A DNA stretch of 54,446 nt from IMG/VR virus record IMGVR_UViG_3300046171_000011, positions 1 through 54,446 of that record. One strand, 5' to 3'. Made by a program: the position numbers and the translations under genes. The notes below the pieces were generated by a model. It worked only from the letters and a program-made list of their open reading frames with translations, did no database searches and had not been told where the DNA came from. Source of the DNA: a virus (lineage: Duplodnaviria; Caudoviricetes). Below are positions 7,661 to 18,031 of this stretch, in pieces. Each line of letters begins with the position of its first letter. Positions within the stretch are counted from its first letter, which is position 1.

Positions 7661-8455
7661 ATGATTAAAGCAACATACATAGATCATATGGGTAGTGATA
7701 TAAGCGTAGTCAACGCAGCCCGTGTGTCGTTTGGAAAGAAGAGTGGTTGGGAGTATGACAATACTGATGCGTACGATCATATGGGATACACAAAAAAATA
7801 CTTATCTAAACTTGATACCAAGCTGATTCAATACCTAGCAAAGCACAAACATATGTCACCCTTTGGTCATGCCTTTGCTACCTTCCATGTCAAAGCACCT
7901 GTGTTTGTAGCACGTCAGCTAGTCAAGCATAAGTTCTTACGTTGGAATGAGATTAGCCGTAGGTATGTGGACAGTGAACCTGAGTTCTATCTACCTGACG
8001 TATGGCGTGGACGCAGTGATGACAAGAAGCAAGGCTCTGAGGGTGTTATTGAACTAGATAAAACCTATGCTTACAAAAGTAAGAATGGTGAGTATGAACA
8101 TATAAAAGATGTGTTTGAAAAAGAGCCTGAAACGTATGGAGAATACAAAGATAGTATAGTTCCTGATCATAGCCTACTAGATGAAGTGCATGAGTGTGAA
8201 GAGTATGTTCTTCAAGCCTATAGAACATTTATAGAAGCAGGTGTCTGCCCAGAGCAAGCACGTATGGTACTGCCACAGTCTACAATGACCGAATGGTACT
8301 GGTCGGGTAGCTTGGATGCCTTCTCAGATATGTGTGTACTACGTTGTGCCAGTGATACACAAGCTGAGACACAAAAGGTGGCAGCACAAATCAGTGTTAA
8401 GATGCATGAGCTATTCCCTGTGTCGTGGATGGCGCTAGGTACAGGGAGTGTATGA
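7661..8455 (+). CDS. thyX: FAD-dependent thymidylate synthase
   Basis: VNAARVS, HMSPF, ARQLVKH...NEISRRY, PEQARMVLP motifs. Confidence 0.95.
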   Translation: MIKATYIDHMGSDISVVNAARVSFGKKSGWEYDNTDAYDHMGYTKKYLSKLDTKLIQYLAKHKHMSPFGHAFATFHVKAPVFVARQLVKHKFLRWNEISRRYVDSEPEFYLPDVWRGRSDDKKQGSEGVIELDKTYAYKSKNGEYEHIKDVFEKEPETYGEYKDSIVPDHSLLDEVHECEEYVLQAYRTFIEAGVCPEQARMVLPQSTMTEWYWSGSLDAFSDMCVLRCASDTQAETQKVAAQISVKMHELFPVSWMALGTGSV

Positions 8456-8661
8456 TGCCATACGCAGTTGAGATTGAGATTGAGTTAGGTGAGTACACCT
8501 TTGTCCGTAAGGAGAACCCTTGGACAGAAGAACATAAGGTATGGGTATTCAGTAACCTACATGAAGCAGAAGAAGAAGCTAGACGTTGGGCTACAGGTAG
8601 GGTAGTACCTTACATTAGACCAATGACAAAAGAGGAGAGACAACGAGGAAAGGATAAGTAG
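8452..8661 (+). CDS. Hypothetical protein
   Basis: ATGA overlap with thyX; GGGAG RBS. Confidence 0.7.
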   Translation: MMPYAVEIEIELGEYTFVRKENPWTEEHKVWVFSNLHEAEEEARRWATGRVVPYIRPMTKEERQRGKDK

Positions 8662-8662
8662 T

Positions 8663-8935
8663 ATGTTTACTGTTGAGTTTGAACCAGACGCATCTATAAT
8701 ACGTAGCCTTGATGAAACCGGGAAACATGAGGACGTTGAAGTTATTATAGGTGATGATGCTGTTGTATATATACGTCAGTGGGACACAGATTTTGAGGCA
8801 TATCAAATGTTGATCTTGACATACCAACAGCTACTGGATATAACTGCATCCCTTAATACACCAGAAGGTATGCACAGACTAATGAGAGGAAGACAATATG
8901 ATGGAACTGGCCTTGGTCAAAACTCTACTAAGTAG
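8663..8935 (+). CDS. Hypothetical protein
   Basis: ORF with an AAGGA RBS, upstream of the helicase. Confidence 0.7.
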   Translation: MFTVEFEPDASIIRSLDETGKHEDVEVIIGDDAVVYIRQWDTDFEAYQMLILTYQQLLDITASLNTPEGMHRLMRGRQYDGTGLGQNSTK

Positions 8936-10124
8936 AGACTTCTATGATCAACATAAAGGTATACGGTGTCCCGACAAGATATTCACTAAGGATGTCCGTA
9001 AGATAAAGCAAGCACTAGACGCAGCTATGGAAGCATATGATGGAGACTTGTCTGCAGATGATTTACAGGCAGTGTTCAACCGTATGAACCAGAGCATGAC
9101 AACAGCCACACGTACAGCATACGACGATTTATTCAGACGTATCGGTAACGCACAACCAATCAAGGATGAGATAGCAGAGGACACATTGTCGCAGTTGTTT
9201 CAGCAACACGTAGGTGATCGTGTAGCTAACCTTGGCTTTGACTTTGTGAACGGTACAGAGAATAGTCTTGAGCCGCTACGTAGATTACTAGAGGATTACA
9301 AAGATGACTTTACTCCTAATCTCCGTGTTGAGTGGGATGACATTAGCATTGACACACTACTTACTGCCAACGATCTTGAAACCCAATGGAAGTTTAACAT
9401 TCCAAGTCTCCGTAGGAAGGTGGAAGGCGTTAGCGGTGGTCATCTGTTGTTGGTCGGCGCTCGTCCCAATACTGGTAAGACTTCTTTTCACGCATCCCTT
9501 ATAGCAGGTGCAGGTGGTTGGGCATCTCAAGGTGCTAAGTGTATTGTGTTGTGTAATGAAGAGAGTTATGAACGTGTAGGCTCACGCTACCTAAGTGCTG
9601 CATGTAACATGAATATGGATGAGGTGCGTCAGAATGTCGCATTAGCACGTAGTAGATACGAACCTGTGCGTAAGAACATACGCATCAAGGATAGCACTAA
9701 CAAAGATATGCAATGGGTTGAGGCTATTGTTAAGAATGAGAAGCCTGACATTGTAGTGCTAGACATGGGTGATAAGTTTGCTACAAAGAACACAGACAAG
9801 TCAGACATATATCTCAAGGATGCTGCGATACACGCACGTAACATTGCAAAGCAGTATAGCTGTTGTGTGATCTGGATGTCACAGCTATCTGCTGTAGCAG
9901 AAGGTAAGGTCTTTGTTGATCAGTCTATGATGGAAGGAAGTAAGACAGGCAAGGCAGCAGAGGCAGACCTGATGGTGTTAATATCTAAGAACCCTATGGT
10001 AGAAGGTGCAGATGAAGGAGATACACAACGGCACTTGAACATAGCAAAGAATAAACTAAAGGGTGGATACCATGGGGTCATTCACTGTGAGTTGGACGGT
10101 GGTAGATCACTATACACTGCATAG
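8898..10124 (+). CDS. DnaB-like (SF4) replicative helicase
   Basis: Walker A GARPNTGKTS, Walker B IVVLD, MSQLS and AKNK motifs. Confidence 0.92.
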   Translation: MMELALVKTLLSRDFYDQHKGIRCPDKIFTKDVRKIKQALDAAMEAYDGDLSADDLQAVFNRMNQSMTTATRTAYDDLFRRIGNAQPIKDEIAEDTLSQLFQQHVGDRVANLGFDFVNGTENSLEPLRRLLEDYKDDFTPNLRVEWDDISIDTLLTANDLETQWKFNIPSLRRKVEGVSGGHLLLVGARPNTGKTSFHASLIAGAGGWASQGAKCIVLCNEESYERVGSRYLSAACNMNMDEVRQNVALARSRYEPVRKNIRIKDSTNKDMQWVEAIVKNEKPDIVVLDMGDKFATKNTDKSDIYLKDAAIHARNIAKQYSCCVIWMSQLSAVAEGKVFVDQSMMEGSKTGKAAEADLMVLISKNPMVEGADEGDTQRHLNIAKNKLKGGYHGVIHCELDGGRSLYTA

Positions 10125-10133
10125 GACGTAGAC

Positions 10134-12182
10134 ATGAGACTTGTATTAGATGTTGAGAACAGCGTCACATGGCGTGATGGTAAGATACATAACGATCCCT
10201 TTGAACCTAACAATACTCTTACACAGGTGGGGATTATCAATGCAGATAACAAAGAAGAGTTACATATTGTAACCCTTGATCACGTAGAACATAAGGATGT
10301 GTCTGGCTCTGGTAGAAAACTTATTCAAGACATCCTTGACATGACTACCCTTTTGATTATGCACAATGCTAAGCATGATCTGATGTGGCTGTGGGAGTGC
10401 GGCTTTAAATATGAAGGAGATATATATGACACTATGTTAGCAGAGTACATACTGGCAAGAGGACAGAAGACACCTGTCAACTTAGCAGCTTGTGCTATCC
10501 GTAGAAATCTAGCAGAGCAGAAAGAGGACTACTTATCTGCCTGTCTAAAGAAAGGGATAAACACAAATGAAACCGATCTATCTCAGCTTAGCCTTTATCT
10601 TAGGCATGACCTGCTCACAACTTGTGAGTTGTTCCACAGTATCGAATCAGACTATTCCAAACCAGAATCAGAGTCCCTTGCTGCCGTCAAACGTGTCACC
10701 TTCGACACATGCAGAACCCTCACAGAACTGTACATGCAAGGAGTCAAGGTTGATCTTTCGGAGCTTGGGCGAGTAAAGGAACAGTTTGAAAGAGAGAAGG
10801 CAGACATAGAAGACAGACTGCAAAAGAAGATACGTGAGCTTATGGGTGATACACCTATCAATGCTAACTCACCAGAGCAGATGTCTCAGGTAGTTTTCAG
10901 TAGACGTATACACAATAAGAAGGAGTGGGCAGACCTATTTAACTTTACTGAAACACCTGCAGAGTTCAAGGCTGCAGTCAAGGCAAACAGTTCTACTATC
11001 TACAAGACAAAGGCGTTCACTTGTCCTGTCTGTAGTGGGCAAGGAAAAACGTATAAAGTAAGGAAGGATGGAACAAAGTATGCAAGACCCAATAAATGTA
11101 AGGCGTGTGACGCAAGAGGCTACCAACTAAAGGAAACTAATCAAGTAGCAGGTCTGCGTTTTTCTGCCCCTAGCAAGAAGTGGACAAGTAACCATGGGTT
11201 CAGCACAGGAAAGAGTAACTTAGATGTACTCATGGCTACTGCAAAGAACAACAACATGCAGGATGCCGGAGACTTTCTGGCTGACCTAAAGCGTTTGTCT
11301 GCTGTCAGCAGTTACCTGTCTTCGTTTGTTGAGGGTATTGCTACCAACACCAAGGAAGATGGCAGGCTTCACGTACAGCTTACGCAACACATCACTGCAA
11401 CAGGAAGGTTTAGTGGTAAGCAACCCAACATGCAGAACATGCCAAGAGGTAACACATTCCCTGTCAAGAAAGTGTTTGTGTCTCGTTGGGATGGCGGCTA
11501 CATATGTGAGGCTGACTTTGCTCAGCTTGAGTTTCGTACTGCAGCATTCTTAGCACAGGACAAGGTTGCTATGGAAGAGATTGACACAGGGTTTGATGTA
11601 CACAGCTACACCGCTAAGGTTATCAGTGATGCAGGACAGAAGACATCACGTCAGGATGCTAAGGCTCACACCTTCGCACCTCTCTTTGGTGCTACTGGAT
11701 ACGGTAGGTCTAAGGCTGAGCAAGCATACTACACACACTTCATTGAGAAATACAAAGGCGTAGCAGCGTGGCACAAGGACTTAGGCAACCAAGCACTACG
11801 TCTAAACAAGATCACCAGTAAGTCAGGTAGGCAGTATGCTTTCCCTGATGTAACACGAAGAGCAAACGGATCACCGTCACACTTCACTATGATTAAGAAC
11901 TATCCAGTGCAGGGCTTTGCTACTGGTGATGTTGTCCCGGTTGTTCTAAATGAAATGCACAAACGTCTAGAGAGTATGCACTCATGTTTGGTAAACACAG
12001 TACATGATTCAACCGTGATTGATGTGCATCCAGAAGAGAAAGATCAGGTACTACAAATCGTACAAGACTTAAACGATAATCTAGTTGAGTTGATAGAGGA
12101 AGCCTATAACATTACTATGAATGTACCTCTATTATTAGAGGCTAAGATAGGCCCGAATTGGCTTGACACGGTGGACGTTTAG
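10134..12182 (+). CDS. polA: Family A DNA polymerase with 3'-5' exonuclease and inserted DnaJ-like zinc finger
   Basis: Exonuclease motifs LDVE, HNAKHD, YLRHD; polymerase motifs TGRFS, DFAQLEFR, RQDAKAHTFAPLFG, NYPVQG, VHDS; insert CPVCSGQG...CKACDARG. Confidence 0.96.
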   Translation: MRLVLDVENSVTWRDGKIHNDPFEPNNTLTQVGIINADNKEELHIVTLDHVEHKDVSGSGRKLIQDILDMTTLLIMHNAKHDLMWLWECGFKYEGDIYDTMLAEYILARGQKTPVNLAACAIRRNLAEQKEDYLSACLKKGINTNETDLSQLSLYLRHDLLTTCELFHSIESDYSKPESESLAAVKRVTFDTCRTLTELYMQGVKVDLSELGRVKEQFEREKADIEDRLQKKIRELMGDTPINANSPEQMSQVVFSRRIHNKKEWADLFNFTETPAEFKAAVKANSSTIYKTKAFTCPVCSGQGKTYKVRKDGTKYARPNKCKACDARGYQLKETNQVAGLRFSAPSKKWTSNHGFSTGKSNLDVLMATAKNNNMQDAGDFLADLKRLSAVSSYLSSFVEGIATNTKEDGRLHVQLTQHITATGRFSGKQPNMQNMPRGNTFPVKKVFVSRWDGGYICEADFAQLEFRTAAFLAQDKVAMEEIDTGFDVHSYTAKVISDAGQKTSRQDAKAHTFAPLFGATGYGRSKAEQAYYTHFIEKYKGVAAWHKDLGNQALRLNKITSKSGRQYAFPDVTRRANGSPSHFTMIKNYPVQGFATGDVVPVVLNEMHKRLESMHSCLVNTVHDSTVIDVHPEEKDQVLQIVQDLNDNLVELIEEAYNITMNVPLLLEAKIGPNWLDTVDV

Positions 12183-12192
12183 GTGTATAACT
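12163..12192 (+). promoter_or_regulatory. Sigma70-type promoter
   Basis: TTGACA-N17-TATAACT at the end of the polymerase gene. Confidence 0.75.
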
Positions 12193-12224
12193 AAGGCTCT
12201 TTAACTCTATAGAAAGGTATAGAA

Positions 12225-13109
12225 ATGAGTACAGAACTAGCAGTAGCAGCAGAACGAGGACAGTCCATGGCTGAGCTAATGGGCGTGTCTGCAGGTGGTG
12301 GCAGTAGTGAAAGCACACCATCAATCTCACGTGTAGGCATGATCCATCAGCCTGTCATGGGTGAGGTAGACTTCAATGGTAAGACTATCAAGACAGAGAT
12401 TCTACCCATTGGAACATTTACTCTAAAGAAGGGTGATGATATTATCTACAGCCACAGTATTACACTGCGTATCTTCGCTCAGCGTAATCAGTGGCAGCGT
12501 TGGAACAGTGCATCAGAAGAGATGGAAAAGTCTGTGCTGTCTAACTCTCTTAATGGAGACTTGAAGGACAGCGTTGGTGGTTTCAATCTTGGTAGACCAT
12601 CAGGTTATATCGAAGACTTTCAAGCGTTGCCTGATGCTACGAAGCAAGTCATTCGTTCAGTCAAGCGTGTCGTAGTTTATTTTGGTACTGTTACATTAAA
12701 CAACCCTACAGACGCAGAAGGTAATCCATTAAATATTATGGAGTATACTGATGTGCCTGTTGTTATGGATGTAAAGAACCGTGATAGCTTGAAGAGTATC
12801 AATGGTGTATTAGGCAGTCTCAAGTCTAAGAACCTATTACCTATCATGTCAACTATCAAACTAAGTGGTGTAGAAGATAGCATTCCAACAGGTGCTACCT
12901 TTGGTAAGATTAGTGCTGCCCTTGGTGACAAGGTAGACATCTCTGACCATGACAACGATACACTGCGTGACTTTGTAGAGCTTATTGAGTACATGAACGG
13001 TAAGGTTCTTGACTTACACAATGAGCGAAATGATGCTGCTCTAAGTACAGAAGATGCCAGTATGGTAAAGGACATCATTGACAATGACTTCGTGGATGTA
13101 GACGAATGA
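12225..13109 (+). CDS. Putative ssDNA-binding protein
   Basis: Position after the polymerase and an acidic C-terminal tail (IIDNDFVDVDE); function is inferred. Confidence 0.6.
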   Translation: MSTELAVAAERGQSMAELMGVSAGGGSSESTPSISRVGMIHQPVMGEVDFNGKTIKTEILPIGTFTLKKGDDIIYSHSITLRIFAQRNQWQRWNSASEEMEKSVLSNSLNGDLKDSVGGFNLGRPSGYIEDFQALPDATKQVIRSVKRVVVYFGTVTLNNPTDAEGNPLNIMEYTDVPVVMDVKNRDSLKSINGVLGSLKSKNLLPIMSTIKLSGVEDSIPTGATFGKISAALGDKVDISDHDNDTLRDFVELIEYMNGKVLDLHNERNDAALSTEDASMVKDIIDNDFVDVDE

Positions 13110-13972
13110 ACCATCCTGCAGAACTAAAGGTCTTCAACTTCTTACAGAAGGCCATGGCAGGTGAAGCAACAATGACAGAAGAGGTGGCCCAACAGGTCGC
13201 CTCTGATGTTAAGACTGCTATGGATAAGCAGTTCAACTCAGGTCCACGTGGAGACTTTCGTTTACGTATGTCTAATATAGGTAAGCCTAAGTGTCAGCTA
13301 TGGTTTGAGAAGAACGATCCAGAAGATAAGAAGCCTTTCCCACCACACTTCCTAATCAACATGATCTTAGGTGATATAGTTGAGGCTGTGTTCAAAGGAC
13401 TACTACGCTCAGCAGACGTAGAGTTTAAGGACAACGATACCGTCACACTAAAGCTACCTCATGGTCAAGAGATCAAGGGTGAGTATGACATGGAAATGGA
13501 TGGCAAGATTGATGATGTTAAGTCTGCGTCACCTTGGTCATACAAGAATAAGTTTGCATCCTTTGATGCGCTGCAACAAGGCGACAGCTTTGGCTATGTG
13601 TCACAGCTTGTAGGCTACGCTACTGCAGCACAGAAGGGTGTAGGTGGTTGGTGGGTAGTCAACAAAGCAAACGGAGAGTTTAAGTATGTGGACGCATCTG
13701 AGGTAGATCAGGAAGAGGTTATAAACAACATACAAGAGACTGTAGATTACATAGATAGTGGTGCTAGTTTCACACGTTGTTTTGATCCTGTACCAGAAAC
13801 ATTCTATCGTAAGCCTACTGGTAATATAGTACTTCCTTCTGCTTGTAAGTGGTGTGACTTCAAACATAAATGCCACCCTAACTTACAAACACAACCAAGC
13901 AGGATGTCTAAAGCAGCTAACCCACCAGAAGTAGACTACGTATTCATAGGAGATGAAGGTGCGGCGGCATAA
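13106..13972 (+). CDS. PD-(D/E)XK exonuclease (Cas4/RecB-like)
   Basis: RMSNIGKPKCQLW, GEYD...DDVKS, QLVGY and C-terminal CKWCDFKHKC. Confidence 0.85.
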   Translation: MNHPAELKVFNFLQKAMAGEATMTEEVAQQVASDVKTAMDKQFNSGPRGDFRLRMSNIGKPKCQLWFEKNDPEDKKPFPPHFLINMILGDIVEAVFKGLLRSADVEFKDNDTVTLKLPHGQEIKGEYDMEMDGKIDDVKSASPWSYKNKFASFDALQQGDSFGYVSQLVGYATAAQKGVGGWWVVNKANGEFKYVDASEVDQEEVINNIQETVDYIDSGASFTRCFDPVPETFYRKPTGNIVLPSACKWCDFKHKCHPNLQTQPSRMSKAANPPEVDYVFIGDEGAAA

Positions 13973-14384
13973 TAAAAGAATATATCGCAGTGGCCTTGAA
14001 GAAGAGGCTGCTGCTTTCTTAAAGTCTAGACAGAAGGTAGTAGCATATGAAAAGTTAAAGATAGAATGGGAAGACCTAAAGTATAGAACTTACACACCTG
14101 ACTTTGAGTTAGACAACGGTATCATCATAGAGACTAAGGGTATCTTTAGTGCGGCAGATCGTCGCAAGCACATTGAAATACAGAGACAACACTCTAGCTT
14201 AGACATTAGATTTGTATTCAGTAATGCTAAGGCTAAACTATACAAGGGTGCTAAGTCTAGGTACTGTGATTGGTGTGACACTAAAGGCTTTCAGTGGGCG
14301 CATCGTATCATACCTGAAGAGTGGTTAAAGGAGAAGGGTAAGAGAATGAAAGAGCAGCGTGTAAAGGTAAATAGGAGAGACTAA
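13953..14384 (+). CDS. T7 gp3-like endonuclease I / Holliday junction resolvase
   Basis: YRSGLE, YTPDF, IIETKG, DRRKH, DIRFVF motifs. Confidence 0.93.
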   Translation: MKVRRHNKRIYRSGLEEEAAAFLKSRQKVVAYEKLKIEWEDLKYRTYTPDFELDNGIIIETKGIFSAADRRKHIEIQRQHSSLDIRFVFSNAKAKLYKGAKSRYCDWCDTKGFQWAHRIIPEEWLKEKGKRMKEQRVKVNRRD

Positions 14385-14734
14385 TGGATATTAATGCAGG
14401 TGAAGTAGCCATCATCCTACGCCCTATGGAAGATGATAAGGGTGAATGGACAGGTGAACTAAAGACAGGTATTATGTTTGGAGATGAACGAATGCCTGAT
14501 GGTATGAGAGCAGCACTAGATGTGGCACTTACTATGGCATCAGCACAGTTCTTCTTAGAAGATAACCCGGAGTACTTGGAAGAGTTTGATTACCACAGGT
14601 CTGAGATACTAAGGGATATATTTCCTGACTTCTTTTCAGAGGTAGAAGCAGAGATAGAAGAAGAGAATAAGATTGAACGTGATGGCAACGTAATCAAGTT
14701 AAACAAGTGGACAAAGACAGAAGGTAGTGCATGA
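14384..14734 (+). CDS. Hypothetical protein
   Basis: TAATG coupling; AGGAG RBS. Confidence 0.75.
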   Translation: MDINAGEVAIILRPMEDDKGEWTGELKTGIMFGDERMPDGMRAALDVALTMASAQFFLEDNPEYLEEFDYHRSEILRDIFPDFFSEVEAEIEEENKIERDGNVIKLNKWTKTEGSA

Positions 14735-14958
14735 GTGATCCAGTAAACAATCCAATACATTACAATCAAGCAGGTATAGAATGCATTGATGCTATAGAAG
14801 CTATGACAGAGAATATGTCAGGTGCTATTGCACCACAGGCAGCAAATGTACTCAAGTATATGTGGCGCTGTGAATACAAGAATGGCTTAGAGGATATAGA
14901 CAAAGCTATCTGGTATCTCAATAGGTTACGTAAGCGTTGGGTGGAGACACACAAATGA
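14731..14958 (+). CDS. DUF3310 (T7 gp1.7-like) protein
   Basis: DPVNNPIHY, IECIDAI, NVLKY.WR..YKNG.EDI.KA.WYL motifs. Confidence 0.88.
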   Translation: MSDPVNNPIHYNQAGIECIDAIEAMTENMSGAIAPQAANVLKYMWRCEYKNGLEDIDKAIWYLNRLRKRWVETHK

Positions 14959-15125
14959 AGCGTAAGTTCAGCGTAACATACATAATGGAAGTAGATGAGT
15001 ACAACAATATCCTATCATCATTTGAGGACAACCATGAGGAAGATGTACATGATCTTATCGTAGATATAATGTATGACGTTGATGATATTAAAGTATACAA
15101 TCTAGTAGTGAAGGAAAGAGGATGA
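14955..15125 (+). CDS. Acidic hypothetical protein
   Basis: ATGA overlap; GGAGACA RBS. Confidence 0.7.
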   Translation: MKRKFSVTYIMEVDEYNNILSSFEDNHEEDVHDLIVDIMYDVDDIKVYNLVVKERG

Positions 15126-15484
15126 TTACACAGGAAGACATTGACGCATTTCAGCGTTTCAATGAGGTAGCAATGGACATGAGTGAGTACCAAGACGTTG
15201 CATCAGATACAGCTATCTACCCACCAGAGCATGAGATTATTTATCCTGCACTTGGCCTAGCTGCAGAGGCAGGTGAGGTAGCTAATAAAGTAAAGAAGAT
15301 ATTACGTGATGGTGCGTTTGATAAGGACGCTATTGCAGACGAGGTAGGTGATTGCCTCTGGTATATTGCGGCACTGTGTCGTGACTTGAGGGTTGACCTG
15401 TCAGAGGTGGCCTTTAATAATCTAAAGAAGTTACAAGATCGTAAGCAACGTGGTAAGCTACAAGGAAACGGAGACAAAAGATGA
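15122..15484 (+). CDS. mazG: MazG-like nucleotide pyrophosphohydrolase
   Basis: LGLAAEAGEVANKVKK, DEVGDCLWY and N..KL..R motifs. Confidence 0.9.
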   Translation: MITQEDIDAFQRFNEVAMDMSEYQDVASDTAIYPPEHEIIYPALGLAAEAGEVANKVKKILRDGAFDKDAIADEVGDCLWYIAALCRDLRVDLSEVAFNNLKKLQDRKQRGKLQGNGDKR

Positions 15485-17376
15485 GCAACTTATTACCAAC
15501 AGACTATCAATCATTTATACACAAATCACGTTACGCTAAATACTTTGATGGTAAGGGTCGTGAGAGTTGGAGTGAGACAGTAGGACGTTACATATCTAAC
15601 TTAGTTCATACCAAGGTAGAAGAAGATATAGCTAACGAGCTAGAGCAAGCTATTCTAGGGCAGGAGATTATGCCTAGTATGAGGGCTATGATGACAGCAG
15701 GGGCTGCACTTGATCGTGATAACACGGCAGGGTACAACTGTAGTTACCTACCCGTAGATGATCCTAAATCCTTCGACGAGGCTATGTTCATTCTCTTGTG
15801 TGGCACTGGAGTTGGGTTCAGTGTTGAGCGGCAGTTCATCTCTAAACTTCCCGAAGTCCCTGAGTTGTTCGACAGTGATACCACAATCGTCGTGAAGGAT
15901 AGTAAAGAAGGTTGGGCTAAGGCTTTCCGTCAACTGTTAGCACTCCTATGGGCAGGGGAAATTCCTAAGTGGAACACGTCTTTGATTAGACCTGCAGGTG
16001 CGAGACTTAAAACGTTTGGTGGTCGGGCATCTGGTCCTGCTCCTCTGATAGAACTGTTTAACTTTGCTGTGTCCGTATTCAAGGGCGCACAGGGGCGTAA
16101 GCTATCCTCTATGGAATGCCATGACCTAATGTGTTTCATTGGTCAGATCGTTGTTGTAGGCGGCGTACGGCGTAGTGCTATGATCTCTTTGTCTAACCTA
16201 AGTGATGATCGTATGCGCCACGCTAAGTCAGGTCAGTGGTGGGAGACTGCAGCACACAGGGCATTGGCTAATAACAGTGTGTCTTACACAGAGAAGCCAG
16301 ACATTGAAACGTTTATGCGTGAATGGACTGCGTTAATAGAAAGTAAATCAGGTGAGAGAGGTATATTTAATCGTGAAGCAAGTAAGAAGCAAGCTGCTAA
16401 GAATGGTAGACGCAATGCGGATCAAGAGTTTGGGACTAATCCGTGCAGTGAAATCATCCTTCGTCCATATCAGTTCTGCAATCTTACAGAGGTGGTGGTA
16501 CGGTCCACAGATACGGTGGAAGACTTGGCTAGAAAGGTCAGACTCGCCACAATACTTGGGACGATCCAAAGCACGTACACAAAGTTCCCCTACCTCAGAA
16601 AAATCTGGCAGAAAAACACAGAAGAAGAACGGCTCTTAGGTGTATCTCTGACAGGTATTATGGACAACAATTTAATGACAACACAAAACAAAGGATTGGA
16701 GAAAACCCTTGAACATCTACGGAATATTGCAATATCTACGAACATGGAATGGTCTAAGTATCTTGGCATTGAGCCTAGTGCTGCTATTACTTGTATCAAG
16801 CCATCTGGCACAGTCTCGCAACTCGTTTCCTGCGCCTCTGGAATCCATGCCAGACATTCAGACTACTATATTAGAACAGTCAGAGGCGACAACAAAGACC
16901 CCCTGACAAAGTTCATGGCTGATAGTGGTATACCTAATGAGCCTTGTGTGTTTAAGGGTGATACTACAACTGTGTTTAGTTTCCCTGTTAAGTCACCAGA
17001 GAGTGCGGTAACACGTAATGATATGTCTGCTATAGAACAACTAGAGACATGGCTAACATATCAGCGTCACTGGTGTGAACATAAACCTAGTGTGACAATC
17101 TCTGTGCGTGACCATGAGTGGCTAGATGTAGGTGCATTCGTGTACCGACACTTTGATGAGATGTCAGGTGTGTCATTTTTACCACACTCAGATCATACAT
17201 ATCAGCAAGCACCGTATCAAGACTGTACTAAAGAGCAGTATAAAGAGATGGCTGATCAGATGCCAAAGGCTATTGATTGGGCTGCACTAGGTACGTATGA
17301 GCATGAAGATAACACAGTAGCTATGCAGACAATGGCTTGCTCTGGTGATAGCTGTGAGATTGTGGACTTGGTATGA
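15481..17376 (+). CDS. nrdJ: Class II (adenosylcobalamin-dependent) ribonucleotide reductase
   Basis: YNC, GTGVGF, GGVRRSA, TNPCSEI, CNLTE, KPSGTVS and C-terminal CSGDSC; no class I beta subunit seen nearby. Confidence 0.9.
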   Translation: MSNLLPTDYQSFIHKSRYAKYFDGKGRESWSETVGRYISNLVHTKVEEDIANELEQAILGQEIMPSMRAMMTAGAALDRDNTAGYNCSYLPVDDPKSFDEAMFILLCGTGVGFSVERQFISKLPEVPELFDSDTTIVVKDSKEGWAKAFRQLLALLWAGEIPKWNTSLIRPAGARLKTFGGRASGPAPLIELFNFAVSVFKGAQGRKLSSMECHDLMCFIGQIVVVGGVRRSAMISLSNLSDDRMRHAKSGQWWETAAHRALANNSVSYTEKPDIETFMREWTALIESKSGERGIFNREASKKQAAKNGRRNADQEFGTNPCSEIILRPYQFCNLTEVVVRSTDTVEDLARKVRLATILGTIQSTYTKFPYLRKIWQKNTEEERLLGVSLTGIMDNNLMTTQNKGLEKTLEHLRNIAISTNMEWSKYLGIEPSAAITCIKPSGTVSQLVSCASGIHARHSDYYIRTVRGDNKDPLTKFMADSGIPNEPCVFKGDTTTVFSFPVKSPESAVTRNDMSAIEQLETWLTYQRHWCEHKPSVTISVRDHEWLDVGAFVYRHFDEMSGVSFLPHSDHTYQQAPYQDCTKEQYKEMADQMPKAIDWAALGTYEHEDNTVAMQTMACSGDSCEIVDLV

Positions 17377-17597
17377 CATACGTAGTTGTATCACGTAGCG
17401 AGTGTCCCTTCTGCACTATGGCTACAGAGTTACTAAAAGAAAAGGGGGTAGCATACACATGCTACTCTCTAGAGTCCTCTCGTTGGGTGCTTGACCTGTT
17501 TAAGAAATCCAATATAACTACTGTACCTCAGATATGGGATACAGAAGGAAATCATATTGGTGGTTACAAAGAACTAGAAACTAAGCTCAGTAAATAG
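17373..17597 (+). CDS. Glutaredoxin
   Basis: CPFC active site, TVPQI and HIGGY motifs. Confidence 0.92.
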   Translation: MTYVVVSRSECPFCTMATELLKEKGVAYTCYSLESSRWVLDLFKKSNITTVPQIWDTEGNHIGGYKELETKLSK

Positions 17598-17605
17598 GAA
17601 GAGTA

Positions 17606-18031
17606 ATGCAAAGAATAAAAGCGTTTAACAAACTACTACAGAACGTATACTTAAATGCATCAAGACCACCACCCACTAGAGTTTCAGGTACAGAAACAGA
17701 CTATGCTAGACAACACACTAAAGAAGTAGACCTTACAGCAGAGTATCTTATGAACCTGTTTTATGAAAAGCAAGAAAGAAAATGTTACTGGTTAGGGATT
17801 GAGCTTAATCCTGCTTGGATATTTGAGTCGGGGCATCCTCTATCTCTAAGTGTTGATAGACTAGGGACAGACTACTTACAGGGTGAGGTAGTAATATCTT
17901 GTAGGCTTGCCAATCTAGGTAGAAGGGACTACCCCGAAGAGGCTTTTAAAGACGTAGTAACATACTTAAAATCACAGTGGGGTTGGGATGGTTTTCTTTG
18001 CGATCCACCCATTCAACAGGAACTTTTTTAA
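17606..18031 (+). CDS. Hypothetical protein, possible His-Me-finger (HNH-like) endonuclease
   Basis: Pattern Q..KCYW...SLSVDR...Y..G.V...C...N. Confidence 0.55.
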   Translation: MQRIKAFNKLLQNVYLNASRPPPTRVSGTETDYARQHTKEVDLTAEYLMNLFYEKQERKCYWLGIELNPAWIFESGHPLSLSVDRLGTDYLQGEVVISCRLANLGRRDYPEEAFKDVVTYLKSQWGWDGFLCDPPIQQELF

